Origin: Cytophagales bacterium
GTDB taxonomy: Bacteria > Bacteroidota > Bacteroidia > Cytophagales > JAHDFW01
NCBI GenBank assembly: GCA_965277185.1
Contig: CBDICC010000009.1
Location: forward strand, 51,087 to 115,086
DNA length: 64,000 nt
Reading direction: 5' to 3'
Shown here: piece by piece, positions 32,238 to 41,525 of the stretch
How positions within the stretch are numbered: position 1 is the stretch's first letter
Layout of the letters: every line of letters begins with the position of its first letter
Notes under the pieces: model-generated
The model's database searches: none
Seen by the model: only the letters and a program-made list of their open reading frames with translations
Told to the model about the DNA's origin: nothing
Position numbers and translations under genes: made by a program

Positions 32238-33924
32238 GCAGGGGAGATATACAAGGTCTAATTGGACACGAAGAGGGATAGTGAATCTTAAGGTTGCCGT
32301 GTTTTTATGCATAAGTAGCTTAACTTTTCATTCCAGCTATTTAATGGCACAAGGAGATATAGATGATGCAGAAGTTACATTTATAAAAGAGAGAAAAATT
32401 AAGTTGCCTCCAGCAGAGCGGGAATTTGAATCTCTTGACTATAAAAAACAAGAGATAAAAACCAATCGTAAATTTAAGTTCGAATCAAACGATTATCAAA
32501 TTCCATTGGGAGATGTGGAAACCAAGACCAATGTACTAAGAACGAAAAAAGACAAGATTAAGAAGTTATATTCTTCTTATTTGAATTTTGGATTAGGTAA
32601 CTATGCTACTTCTCGAATCAAATATCATTACGCCAATAGAAGAAGTAAAACAATTTCTTATGGTCTTAACGTAGACCATTTGTCTTCTTTAACGGGGCCT
32701 GTTGAAAATTCGGCAATGTCTGACAATGATATAAGCCTTTATGCGAAACGTTATTTCAACGGAAAACAATTGGGGTTTAAGGCAAATTATGAATTGAACC
32801 GTTTCCGATATTATGGATATAATCAGGATGTGATTTCAATTGCAAATACGGATAGTATTACCCAAGCCATGAATCATATAGGAGCTACTCTGAATTATAA
32901 GAATAAGGAGCGAGATAAGCTATATTATAATGTATATGGTCGGTTTAACTTCTTTGCTCCTTCCTTTTTAAAGGAAATTAAAAGTGGTTACACAGGATCT
33001 TTAAGATACAAGTTAGATGATTCAAAGAGTATTGAACTGAACTCTGAGTTTTCTACAGATCAAATAAGCAGCGCAAGTGCTACAACCAATCGAAACTTGT
33101 TTAAGGCACAAGCTGGATTTAAATATAAGATGAGCAATTTGGAATTGTTTGGTGGAGTGCGGTTAGCATTGAATAACGATTCCCTTTTTGTACATACAAC
33201 CAATACGCACATTTATCCAATTATTAATGCCAAATATCTTGTTAGTGAAAACACCAGTGTAGGAGCTGAGTTGGCGGGAGATTTAAACCGTAATAACATG
33301 GAATCATTGCTTTTGGAAAACCCTTATTTGGATTCCACACAAAGTGTATTTGATGATAATAAAAAGATTGGTATAAAGTTGGATGTTCGGTCAGGAGTAG
33401 GAAGTAATTTGTTTGTTAAAGCTGCAATGGGGTATTCGATTTATGAAAACCTTCATATGTATGGTACCTCGCTTACGGATACCACTCGATTTACGACCAT
33501 ATGGAATACAGGAAATGTAGGACACGGTTTTGTTAAGGTCGGAGTAGAACATAAGTTGAAAGATAAGTTATTAACGGGGGTAACTTTAGGGTATAATAAT
33601 TATCAAGTCGACAGTTTAGAATTGGCGACATACCGGCCTGGAATAGAGGTTCAGTTTTTCACAAAGTATAATGTCCAAAATAAGATTGAATTGGAATTGA
33701 ATGGGACATATTGGGGGAATTTTAATTCATACAGTCTATTAAGAGAGCAAAAACAAGAATTAAGTGATATTATTGATCTTCGGGTTAAATTTAAATACAA
33801 CATGTCTCCAAAGGTTTCGCTGTATTTTGAAGCCAATAATTTAATCGCAAAAAAATATCAATATTATATAAATTACCCGAAAAAAGGATTTAATTTTATC
33901 GCAGGAATCAACTATTCTTTTTAG
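32230..33924 (+). CDS. Putative outer-membrane beta-barrel protein (hypothetical)
   Basis: The ORF is open from 32206. I prefer the ATG at 32230, which overlaps the upstream TAA (ATGAGTAA). Hydrophobic leader (VAVFLCISSLTFHSSYLMAQ), alternating beta-strand composition, and a C-terminus ..AGINYSF with the terminal Phe typical of OMPs. Confidence 0.6.
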   Translation: MSKQGRYTRSNWTRRGIVNLKVAVFLCISSLTFHSSYLMAQGDIDDAEVTFIKERKIKLPPAEREFESLDYKKQEIKTNRKFKFESNDYQIPLGDVETKTNVLRTKKDKIKKLYSSYLNFGLGNYATSRIKYHYANRRSKTISYGLNVDHLSSLTGPVENSAMSDNDISLYAKRYFNGKQLGFKANYELNRFRYYGYNQDVISIANTDSITQAMNHIGATLNYKNKERDKLYYNVYGRFNFFAPSFLKEIKSGYTGSLRYKLDDSKSIELNSEFSTDQISSASATTNRNLFKAQAGFKYKMSNLELFGGVRLALNNDSLFVHTTNTHIYPIINAKYLVSENTSVGAELAGDLNRNNMESLLLENPYLDSTQSVFDDNKKIGIKLDVRSGVGSNLFVKAAMGYSIYENLHMYGTSLTDTTRFTTIWNTGNVGHGFVKVGVEHKLKDKLLTGVTLGYNNYQVDSLELATYRPGIEVQFFTKYNVQNKIELELNGTYWGNFNSYSLLREQKQELSDIIDLRVKFKYNMSPKVSLYFEANNLIAKKYQYYINYPKKGFNFIAGINYSF

Positions 33925-33926
33925 GT

Positions 33927-35567
33927 TTGAACGCGGTTAAATATATACGTTTGCTACTCACAGAAGTAGATTGTGTAATACTTCCAGGCTTTGGGGGTTT
34001 TATAGGAAACTATGATGGAGCAAAGATTCATCCTATAACACATGTATTCTCTCCACCATCAAAGACGATTGCTTTTAATGCACGTTTGTCATCCAATGAT
34101 GGATTACTGATCGATTTTATTGCCTCTGAAGAAAAAATTTCCAAGGATTTAGTTACGGAAAAATTGGATTTCCTTATTAAGGAGATTCACGATAAAATTC
34201 AAAGTGGAAAGGAATTTCTTTTGAATGGAATAGGGAAAATCTTTTTAAATGAGAATAATAGCATTCAGTTTGAACCTGAATCGGAACGATTTGAATTAGT
34301 AGATTCTTATGGGTTGGCAGAATTTTTTGCCAAACCAATCGAACGCGAAGCAAGTATAAAATTACGAAATAAACAATCTGATATTATGAGCGACCCAAGA
34401 CCTAAACGACCCGTACGACCAGGTAATTCTGGAGAAAAGTCAGTAATGAGAAAGAAAGTACCTGTTGAGAAGAAAAAAGTTGCAAAGAAGGAAAAAGGTG
34501 GAAAATCTGGAGGTGGAAAAACCTGGTTGGTTATTGTATTAGTTGTGGTGCTCCTTTTAGGGGGAGGAAGTGGGTATTTGGTCACCCAAACGGATAATTT
34601 TAGTTTGTCTAGTTTATCTTTTTGGAACAAAGATAAACACGGAAGTGCACTTTCCAGCGATGCTAGTTCTGTATCGAACGACGGAGAATCAACGGATGGT
34701 ACAGCTGAGGATGATGCCAATAAATGGGATACAGAAACAGCGGATGAAACTGACGGTTCTGAAAGTGATTCTGATACGGATGTAGATGCAGATGCTGAAA
34801 AGGACGTTACAGTAGACGAAATTGATGAAGGAAGAGTAGATGAACTTATTGCCGAATCAGAAGGAGATGTAAGTGGTGATTTGAATTCAGAATCTTCTGA
34901 TACGGATGTTGAAGGTGATGATTCGAACACGAATTCAGATGAAGTAGAAGATTCGAATGAAGAATCAGATGAATCTGCTGATGCGACAAGTGAAACATCT
35001 AAAAAAACTAAAAAGGAAATGGCTTGGTATGAGTCAGCAATGGCTTGGGTGAAAGGTTTATTTGGAGGTGAAGGAGATAAAGGTACCGGTGAAGATTACG
35101 AAGATATTGCAAGTTCTAAAGAAAATGGTTGGGCAGATGATACAGATGATTCTTCTAATGGTTCGTCTGATAATTCTAGTGATGAAAGTCCAAGTGATAT
35201 TGAAAGTGGAGACGATTCCGATGACTCAGGAGACGATGAAGTTTCAAATGAGGTTTCTGAACCTGTAGTGGAAGAATCTTCAAGTTCTTCTAGTTATAGC
35301 AGTAGTAGTTCTAGCGATGTGACAATATCATCGAAAACCAATCGTTATTATGTTATAGCAGGTGCTTTTGAAGATCCAATTAATGCTCGTAAATACCGAG
35401 ATAAATTGGCAGCGAAAGGATACGATAGTAAAATTTTGGAGCCACGTGGTGAAAAAAATGTACATCGAGTAACACTTGCGGATTATTCGGGTCAGCAGGA
35501 AGGGATTCGAAAGTCCAGAGAAGAAAATGAAGGATTTGGAAACGCATTATGGGTATTACGTTATTAA
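33927..35567 (+). CDS. SPOR-domain protein with HU-like (HU_CCDC81-type) N-terminal domain, TM helix and long polyacidic linker
   Basis: TTG start. The N-terminus (YIRLLLTEVDCVILPGFGGFIGNY) fits the bacterial HU-CCDC81-like domain as recalled. A K-rich segment and TM (WLVIVLVVVLLLGG) follow, then a D/E/S-rich region (aa ~245-465). The C-terminal SPOR-like domain is RYYVIAGAFEDPINARKYRDKLAAKGYDSKIL.... Confidence 0.75.
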   Translation: MNAVKYIRLLLTEVDCVILPGFGGFIGNYDGAKIHPITHVFSPPSKTIAFNARLSSNDGLLIDFIASEEKISKDLVTEKLDFLIKEIHDKIQSGKEFLLNGIGKIFLNENNSIQFEPESERFELVDSYGLAEFFAKPIEREASIKLRNKQSDIMSDPRPKRPVRPGNSGEKSVMRKKVPVEKKKVAKKEKGGKSGGGKTWLVIVLVVVLLLGGGSGYLVTQTDNFSLSSLSFWNKDKHGSALSSDASSVSNDGESTDGTAEDDANKWDTETADETDGSESDSDTDVDADAEKDVTVDEIDEGRVDELIAESEGDVSGDLNSESSDTDVEGDDSNTNSDEVEDSNEESDESADATSETSKKTKKEMAWYESAMAWVKGLFGGEGDKGTGEDYEDIASSKENGWADDTDDSSNGSSDNSSDESPSDIESGDDSDDSGDDEVSNEVSEPVVEESSSSSSYSSSSSSDVTISSKTNRYYVIAGAFEDPINARKYRDKLAAKGYDSKILEPRGEKNVHRVTLADYSGQQEGIRKSREENEGFGNALWVLRY

Positions 35568-35838
35568 TCAGTTATTACTAACTGAAATGTAATATCAACT
35601 CAATCAAATCGCCATTTTATTATAGTAAAATTAAATAAGTAAGTAGTTAAACCTTATAATCGGTATAACTTAGATTCTACTTATATGGTGTATGTAACTA
35701 CATTTATACAGTAAATCTGAAAGTTTACAAGATTATGAACCAAAGCTAGTTGTCGCTAGGTGTTTCTTAATACATCAAATGATATTTATTTGTAGGTAAG
35801 GTTTAATCAACGGAACAAACAACTTTATACATATATAT

Positions 35839-36516
35839 ATGCTGTTGGATATAATTACGGATGGGGCAGGTACATTAGAAAATACGGAAGATTCTATTTC
35901 ATTATTGAGTCTAATAATGAAAGGAGGGATTACCATGATCTTCCTAATTTTACTTTCGATTGTAGCAGTTTATATTTTTGTTGACCGATTTATCGTAATA
36001 TTAAAAGCCTCCAAAGATCCATCTGTTTTTATGGATTCAATCCGTGAAAAGATGTTTAATAGTGATGTGGACGGAGCGAAAGATGTTTGTGGTCAGGTTG
36101 ACTCTCCTTTTGCCCGAATGATTGGAAAGGGACTTTCAAGAATAGGTAATCCGTTGAAAAGCATTTCAGAATCTATTGAAAACGTTGGTAAAATTGAGCT
36201 ATTCAAATTAGAGAAGAATTTATCAATGCTGGCTACAATTTCAGGTTTGGCACCAATGATTGGTTTTTTCGGAACTGTAGTAGGAATGATACGCGCCTTC
36301 ATGAGTATGGCGCAAGCAGAAGGAGTAGTGAATCCTCAAATGTTGTCATCTGGTATTTATGAAGCAATGATTACGACGGCAGGAGGCCTTTTGGTTGGAA
36401 TTATAGCTTATATGGGATATAATTACTTGGTTTCGAAAGTCGAAAAAACAGTTCATCATATGGAATCTGCTTCGATCGATTTTATTGACCTTTTACAGGA
36501 ACCACAAGCTAAATAA
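35839..36516 (+). CDS. exbB: MotA/TolQ/ExbB proton-channel family protein
   Basis: 225 aa with three TM segments. The motif LATISGLAPMIGFFGTVVGMIRAF...YEAMITTAGGLLVGIIAY is typical of ExbB/TolQ. Confidence 0.85.
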   Translation: MLLDIITDGAGTLENTEDSISLLSLIMKGGITMIFLILLSIVAVYIFVDRFIVILKASKDPSVFMDSIREKMFNSDVDGAKDVCGQVDSPFARMIGKGLSRIGNPLKSISESIENVGKIELFKLEKNLSMLATISGLAPMIGFFGTVVGMIRAFMSMAQAEGVVNPQMLSSGIYEAMITTAGGLLVGIIAYMGYNYLVSKVEKTVHHMESASIDFIDLLQEPQAK

Positions 36517-36596
36517 TACGGAGTTGCTAAATAGAGCAATTCACTCATTTCAAAAGTAGGTTGAAATAGGGATAAGGAAGGGATAAAACAAGTTAG

Positions 36597-36995
36597 ATGG
36601 GTTTAAAATCAAAAAATAAAGTTAGTACAGAGTTTAGCATGTCGTCTATGACGGATATTGTGTTTTTGTTGCTGATCTTTTTTATGTTAACCTCTCAAAT
36701 TGTGACTCCGCTTGGAGTTAAAGTAAATTTGCCTACAAGTAAGGTATCTACCATTGACCTTCAGAAAATTCAGGTAGCAATTTCCGAAGATTTAGAATAT
36801 TCATTAAACGGGAAGGTCATTCCGGCAGATCAATTTGAATTGGAGCTGAAGGAAGTATTGGTTGGAATACCAGAGGAGGAACGATTGGTTATTTTAAAAG
36901 TAGACAAGAAAGTGGCTATGGAGCATTTTGTGAGGATTGCTGGGATCGCAGCAAATTTGAAAGCAAAAGTCACTATTGGAACTGCCTTGGAGTAA
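36597..36995 (+). CDS. exbD: ExbD/TolR biopolymer transport protein
   Basis: 132 aa. MTDIVFLLLIFFMLTS is the single TM with the ExbD signature. It lies immediately downstream of exbB. Confidence 0.8.
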   Translation: MGLKSKNKVSTEFSMSSMTDIVFLLLIFFMLTSQIVTPLGVKVNLPTSKVSTIDLQKIQVAISEDLEYSLNGKVIPADQFELELKEVLVGIPEEERLVILKVDKKVAMEHFVRIAGIAANLKAKVTIGTALE

Positions 36996-37142
36996 ATCCG
37001 AAACATTTGTTGAAAATAATATCTATTGGTTTATGGAATTTATGCTCATTCTGCATCTAACTATTCAGAATGGAAGGGTAAAAGATCATTAAAATGGAAA
37101 CTTTATTGATTGATATTCGTAAGAACTGATAATCATATACTT

Positions 37143-38036
37143 ATGGCATACGCAGGAAACATAGAAGTAAAAAGCAAACGTATTGGATGGACCGTTACGA
37201 TTGTTGTGCATGCCATAATTCTATTGTTTTTTTGGTGGTATAATGTGTGGCCATTCAATCCACCAGCATTACCAGATTATGGTACGGAAATTAATTTTGG
37301 AATTTCTGATGTAGGAAGTGGAGATGTACAGAATACGAATCCACCTTCTGATGAAAATACAGAGAATAATGAAGAAGCAGCCGCAAGTGCTGCATCTGCT
37401 CAAAGTGCAGCTGAATCGGCAGAATCTGAAACAGAGGAAGATGCCGATATCAATGAGGCAGCTGAGACTGCAGAAAATGATGATTCAGATGTGAGCGCTT
37501 CTGAGACAAATGAAAGCCAAACTTCTTCGGAATCACAATCTACTTCGGAACAGGAGACTGAAGCAGAGACAGACAATGATGCCGATACAGAATCAGATAA
37601 TCCAAAGGATAGCAACTCGGATTCAGAAGCAACCAATGACAACGAATCCGATGGTGCGCAACAGAATAATAATGGAGACGACGCCAACGAAACAGGAGAT
37701 AAGGGTCAAGAAGATGGGAAGATAAATGACAAGGATATTTATCATGGACAAGCTGGAGGAGGTGGCGGTACTGGAGCACACATTACTGGATGGATTGCAG
37801 ATGGGCGAACCAAGGAATGTGAGAAATCAGCTGAAACTGGAAAGATAATTTTCAAAATTAAAATTGATGAAGACGGTGAAATGGTTTCTGTAAAAGTGAT
37901 TGAATCAACCGTAAGTGCAGCAACTGTCTCTTGCTATCAAGATCAGATCGAGCAACTTTCTTTTACCCCAAAAGATAGTAACGATGACCCTGCAGAATTT
38001 TCAGAAGGAACGTACACGGTAAACCTAGGTAATTAA
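37143..38036 (+). CDS. TonB-like energy-transducer family protein with polyacidic linker
   Basis: The ORF is open from 37110; the ATG at 37143 gives MAYAGNIEVKSKRIGWTVTIVVHAIILLFFWW (N-terminal TM anchor). A D/E/S/T/N-rich linker spans nt ~37340-37725. The C-terminal ~80-aa domain (GKIIFKIKIDEDGEMVSVKVIES...) fits a TonB C-terminal-like fold. The exbB-exbD-tonB gene order supports the call. Confidence 0.6.
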   Translation: MAYAGNIEVKSKRIGWTVTIVVHAIILLFFWWYNVWPFNPPALPDYGTEINFGISDVGSGDVQNTNPPSDENTENNEEAAASAASAQSAAESAESETEEDADINEAAETAENDDSDVSASETNESQTSSESQSTSEQETEAETDNDADTESDNPKDSNSDSEATNDNESDGAQQNNNGDDANETGDKGQEDGKINDKDIYHGQAGGGGGTGAHITGWIADGRTKECEKSAETGKIIFKIKIDEDGEMVSVKVIESTVSAATVSCYQDQIEQLSFTPKDSNDDPAEFSEGTYTVNLGN

Positions 38037-38184
38037 TCACCAATTTCTTCGGTGCTATGGATTTGATAGCTCCCAATCGAATAATTTCAATATTTCTGAT
38101 TTTTATTTTTTATTAGATCCAATTAGAGATACAAACTCTTAGGGATTCATGTAGATCCCTTTCCTTAGCTCTTTTATTTTTTGT

Positions 38185-38192
38185 TATGTTTG
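38185..38192 (+). promoter_or_regulatory. Candidate -7 promoter box (TAnnTTTG) upstream of folC
   Basis: Exact match TATGTTTG, 44 nt upstream of the folC ATG. No clear -33 element. Confidence 0.2.
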
Positions 38193-38236
38193 CACGGGCT
38201 TACAAAAACGTAAATAAAAGATTCTATTTGGATTAA

Positions 38237-39517
38237 ATGAATTATCAGGAAACGTGCACATACTTATTTGAAAAGCTGGCATCTTATCAGAAAACAGGAG
38301 GTAAGGCATTCAATAAGTCTTTATCAAAAACGCTATTGTTAGCTTCTGAACTTGACAATCCACAATCAAGTCTTAAAACGATTCATATTGCAGGAACAAA
38401 TGGGAAGGGGAGCAGTGCCGCAATCCTTACTTCCATATTGATGGAAGCAGGATATAAAGTTGGAACCTATACTTCTCCGCATTTAAATTCCTTTACCGAA
38501 CGGATAAGAGTAAATGGACATAAGGTTACGGAAGATTTTGTGGTAGCATTTACGAAACGAATACTAAATTTTATTGAGGTCAATAATCCCTCATTTTTTG
38601 AGATTACTACGTTGATGGCATTTTCCTACTTTAAAGAAAAGCAGGTTGATGTTGCGGTTATTGAAACTGGATTAGGAGGAAGATTAGATTCAACTAATAT
38701 TATCCAGCCTTTAGTCTCTTTGATTACGAATATTAGCTTGGATCATCAAGGTATGCTTGGTAATACGCTGAAAGAAATTGCCTCTGAAAAAGCAGGTATC
38801 ATAAAAGATCATACAGCGATTATTATATCCGAAAAACAAGTTGAGGTTGAAGAGGTGTTTAAAGAGTATGCCTCCATGAAAGATGCACCTCTTAAATTTG
38901 CAGAGGATGAAGTCCAACTAAACCGAAACGAATTCGAAGCGGAAAGCATTAAGCAATCGTTTAAATACGGCAAACTGAATTTACAATTAGATTTGGGAGG
39001 ACATTATCAAATGCAAAATCTCAAAGGCGCATTGGCAGTGGTAGAAGAATTAAATGAATCAAAATCATTGTTGATTTCAAATGAAGCGATTCAACAGGGA
39101 ACGCAAAATGTGTTGATTAACTCTGGAATAAAAGGAAGATGGGAAATAAGAGGATTGAACCCGAAAGTAATTTGCGACACAGGTCATAATACTGCAGGTT
39201 TGAAAATAGTATTTTCCCAATTAGCGGAGGAATCATATGATCGGCTTTATATTGTTTGGGGAATGGTCAACGATAAAGATCCCAATGAAATATTGAGCTT
39301 GCTTCCTTCAAAATACGAGAAGCTGATAATTTGTCAACCAAAGATAGAACGGGCAATGCCTGCGAATAAATTGCAGGAAATTGCATTTCAAATTGGATTA
39401 AAGGGAGAAATTATTGAAGATGTAAATGAAGCTGTAACCTATGCAAAAGAAAATGCAGGAGAAAACGATGTTATTTTTGTTGGGGGAAGTACATTTGTTA
39501 TAGGTGAACTTAAATAG
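38237..39517 (+). CDS. folC: Bifunctional folylpolyglutamate synthase / dihydrofolate synthase
   Basis: 426 aa with the P-loop IHIAGTNGKGSSAA, TSPHL, ETGLGGRLDSTN and the Mur-ligase-family layout. Confidence 0.9.
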   Translation: MNYQETCTYLFEKLASYQKTGGKAFNKSLSKTLLLASELDNPQSSLKTIHIAGTNGKGSSAAILTSILMEAGYKVGTYTSPHLNSFTERIRVNGHKVTEDFVVAFTKRILNFIEVNNPSFFEITTLMAFSYFKEKQVDVAVIETGLGGRLDSTNIIQPLVSLITNISLDHQGMLGNTLKEIASEKAGIIKDHTAIIISEKQVEVEEVFKEYASMKDAPLKFAEDEVQLNRNEFEAESIKQSFKYGKLNLQLDLGGHYQMQNLKGALAVVEELNESKSLLISNEAIQQGTQNVLINSGIKGRWEIRGLNPKVICDTGHNTAGLKIVFSQLAEESYDRLYIVWGMVNDKDPNEILSLLPSKYEKLIICQPKIERAMPANKLQEIAFQIGLKGEIIEDVNEAVTYAKENAGENDVIFVGGSTFVIGELK

Positions 39518-39520
39518 AAT

Positions 39521-40174
39521 ATGGGTCGAAATAAGAAAGTACGCTACGCTGACATCTCCGCCAATGAACTGGTACTAGAACCAGGTAAGGAGTTGTTTGA
39601 TCAAATTAAAGGAAATTGGAACAAAGAATATTTCAAGAACGATAAGGAAATTATCGTAGAATTTGCGTGCGGAAAGGGGGAGTATACAACGGGACTTGCT
39701 CAGCAATATCCAGATAAGAATTTTGTAGGAGTTGATATAAAAGGAGGGCGTCTTTGGAATGGATGCAAAGAGGTCGTTGAACACAATCTAAGCAATGTTG
39801 CTTTTCTTCGCACAGATATTTTAAAAATTGGAGACTTGTTTGAAGCAGGTGAGGTAAGCGAAATATGGATTACATTTCCTGATCCAAGACCAAAAGAACG
39901 AGATGAAAAAAAACGATTGACATCGGATCGTTTTTTGAGTTTGTATACCCAGATTTTGAAAGAAGGTGGATCTCTTAACTTAAAAACGGACAATGCCGAA
40001 TTATTTGATTACTCCTTAAATAAAGCACATGAGCATAAATGGAAAATTGTGCACGCTACTAAAATGCTCTACAGATCACCATTGTACACTTCAGAGTTGA
40101 AAATTAAAACTACTTACGAGCGAAAGTTTAACGACTTAGGGTTTGAAATCAATTATTTGAAAATAGAGAAATAG
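39521..40174 (+). CDS. trmB: tRNA (guanine-N7)-methyltransferase
   Basis: 217 aa. The motifs VEFACGKGEYT, GVDIKG, FPDPRPKERDEKKRLTS and LKTDN are typical of TrmB. Confidence 0.88.
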   Translation: MGRNKKVRYADISANELVLEPGKELFDQIKGNWNKEYFKNDKEIIVEFACGKGEYTTGLAQQYPDKNFVGVDIKGGRLWNGCKEVVEHNLSNVAFLRTDILKIGDLFEAGEVSEIWITFPDPRPKERDEKKRLTSDRFLSLYTQILKEGGSLNLKTDNAELFDYSLNKAHEHKWKIVHATKMLYRSPLYTSELKIKTTYERKFNDLGFEINYLKIEK

Positions 40175-40246
40175 AAAATAAAGCTTGTATTCAAGTGAAT
40201 TTTTTGATTAATTATAAATCTTAATAAGATTAAAAACTAATCAAAA

Positions 40247-41344
40247 TTGAATACCACAAAAATAAAGACTACTCAGGGCCGCGGAGCGCAGTATAATAGT
40301 GATAACCCTTTTTTGAAACATCGATATGATTACGATGCAGAAGATACTATTGATGAACCCACCAATCATGATTCGCCCACGCAAATCTTGAATGTTTCTC
40401 CCAAAACCATTTTAAATAAAGTAGAAAGTACGGACATTCCCTTTGAATGGTCGATGAATCCATATCAAGGCTGTGAGCATGGATGTGTATATTGTTATGC
40501 ACGCTATTCACATACGTATTGGGGTTATAGCGCAGGGATTGATTTTGAAAAGAAGATTTTGATCAAAGAAAATGCAGCTGAACTATTGGCTCAAAAGTTG
40601 TCATCAAAAAAATGGGAAGCGAGGCCAATAATGCTTTCGGGAAATACAGATTGCTATCAGCCAATTGAGCGAAAGAAGAAAATTACGAGGCAAATTCTGA
40701 AAGTACTTTTACGCTATAAACACCCTGTTTCTATTATCACCAAAAACGCCTTGGTGTTACGGGATTTAGATTTGTTAAAGGAATTGGCAAAGCATAAATT
40801 AGTGAAGGTTAATTTAAGCGTGACCACATTAAACGAGGATTTACGTCGATTTTTAGAACCAAGGACCAGTACCGGTGCACGTAGGTTAATGGCCGTTAAA
40901 AAGCTCGTAGAAGAAGGCATTCCGACCAATGTTATGTTGGCACCAATTATACCATCACTCAATAGCTATGAAATCCCAGAACTCGTTAAAAAATCAGCAG
41001 AGGCAGGAGCACATTCCATAAGTTATCAAATGGTTCGGCTGAGAGGAGGGATTTATGAATTGTTTGAAGATTGGATTAACAGAACCTATCCTGATCGAGC
41101 GGCTAAAGTGTTGAGTCAGATTAAATCTATCCATGCGGGACATACGACCAGTTCAGAATATGGAAAGAGAATGAAGGGAGAAGGGGAGATTGCTCGGAGT
41201 ATTCAGCAAATGTTTCATTTGAGTAAGAAAAAGTATTTTGATGTATCGGAAAGTTCCGAATCTAAAAAAGATGATCGGAGTAGAGGATATAATTTAGATC
41301 TATATCATCCAAGCCGGGGAGATGATCAGCTTCGAATGTTTTAG
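40247..41344 (+). CDS. Radical SAM protein (PA0069-like family)
   Basis: TTG start. The N-terminus has GRGAQYNSDNPF and the radical-SAM cluster motif is CEHGCVYCYAR (CxxxCxxC). Confidence 0.8.
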   Translation: MNTTKIKTTQGRGAQYNSDNPFLKHRYDYDAEDTIDEPTNHDSPTQILNVSPKTILNKVESTDIPFEWSMNPYQGCEHGCVYCYARYSHTYWGYSAGIDFEKKILIKENAAELLAQKLSSKKWEARPIMLSGNTDCYQPIERKKKITRQILKVLLRYKHPVSIITKNALVLRDLDLLKELAKHKLVKVNLSVTTLNEDLRRFLEPRTSTGARRLMAVKKLVEEGIPTNVMLAPIIPSLNSYEIPELVKKSAEAGAHSISYQMVRLRGGIYELFEDWINRTYPDRAAKVLSQIKSIHAGHTTSSEYGKRMKGEGEIARSIQQMFHLSKKKYFDVSESSESKKDDRSRGYNLDLYHPSRGDDQLRMF

Positions 41345-41500
41345 TGATTTCTGAAATTTCGTAGGTCAAAATAGCCGAATTGGAATAGATTACATTTTTG
41401 TATTATGCCTTTAGTTTGCATAAGGTCGAGGTTTTTGTAAAAACTACAGAATCCTAGAGATACGAATGTTAAATTCAATGGCAACTTTAAAATAAATGGC

Positions 41501-41508
41501 TAAATTTG
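41501..41508 (+). promoter_or_regulatory. Candidate -7 promoter box (TAnnTTTG) upstream of ispG
   Basis: Exact match TAAATTTG, 17 nt upstream of the ATG at 41526. Confidence 0.25.
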
Positions 41509-41525
41509 CGTAAATTTTTTCCAGA

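Noticed and set aside
34307-35268. Antisense and alternative-frame ORFs in the SPOR gene (34307-34930 minus, 207 aa; 34570-34785; 35062-35268). Similar ones occur in the TonB-like gene (37400-37687, 37510-37725, 37540-37779).
   Set aside because: They overlap D/E/S-rich low-complexity coding tracts. GA-rich repeats lack stops in several frames, and the translations are S/L-rich mirror images with no start context or motifs.
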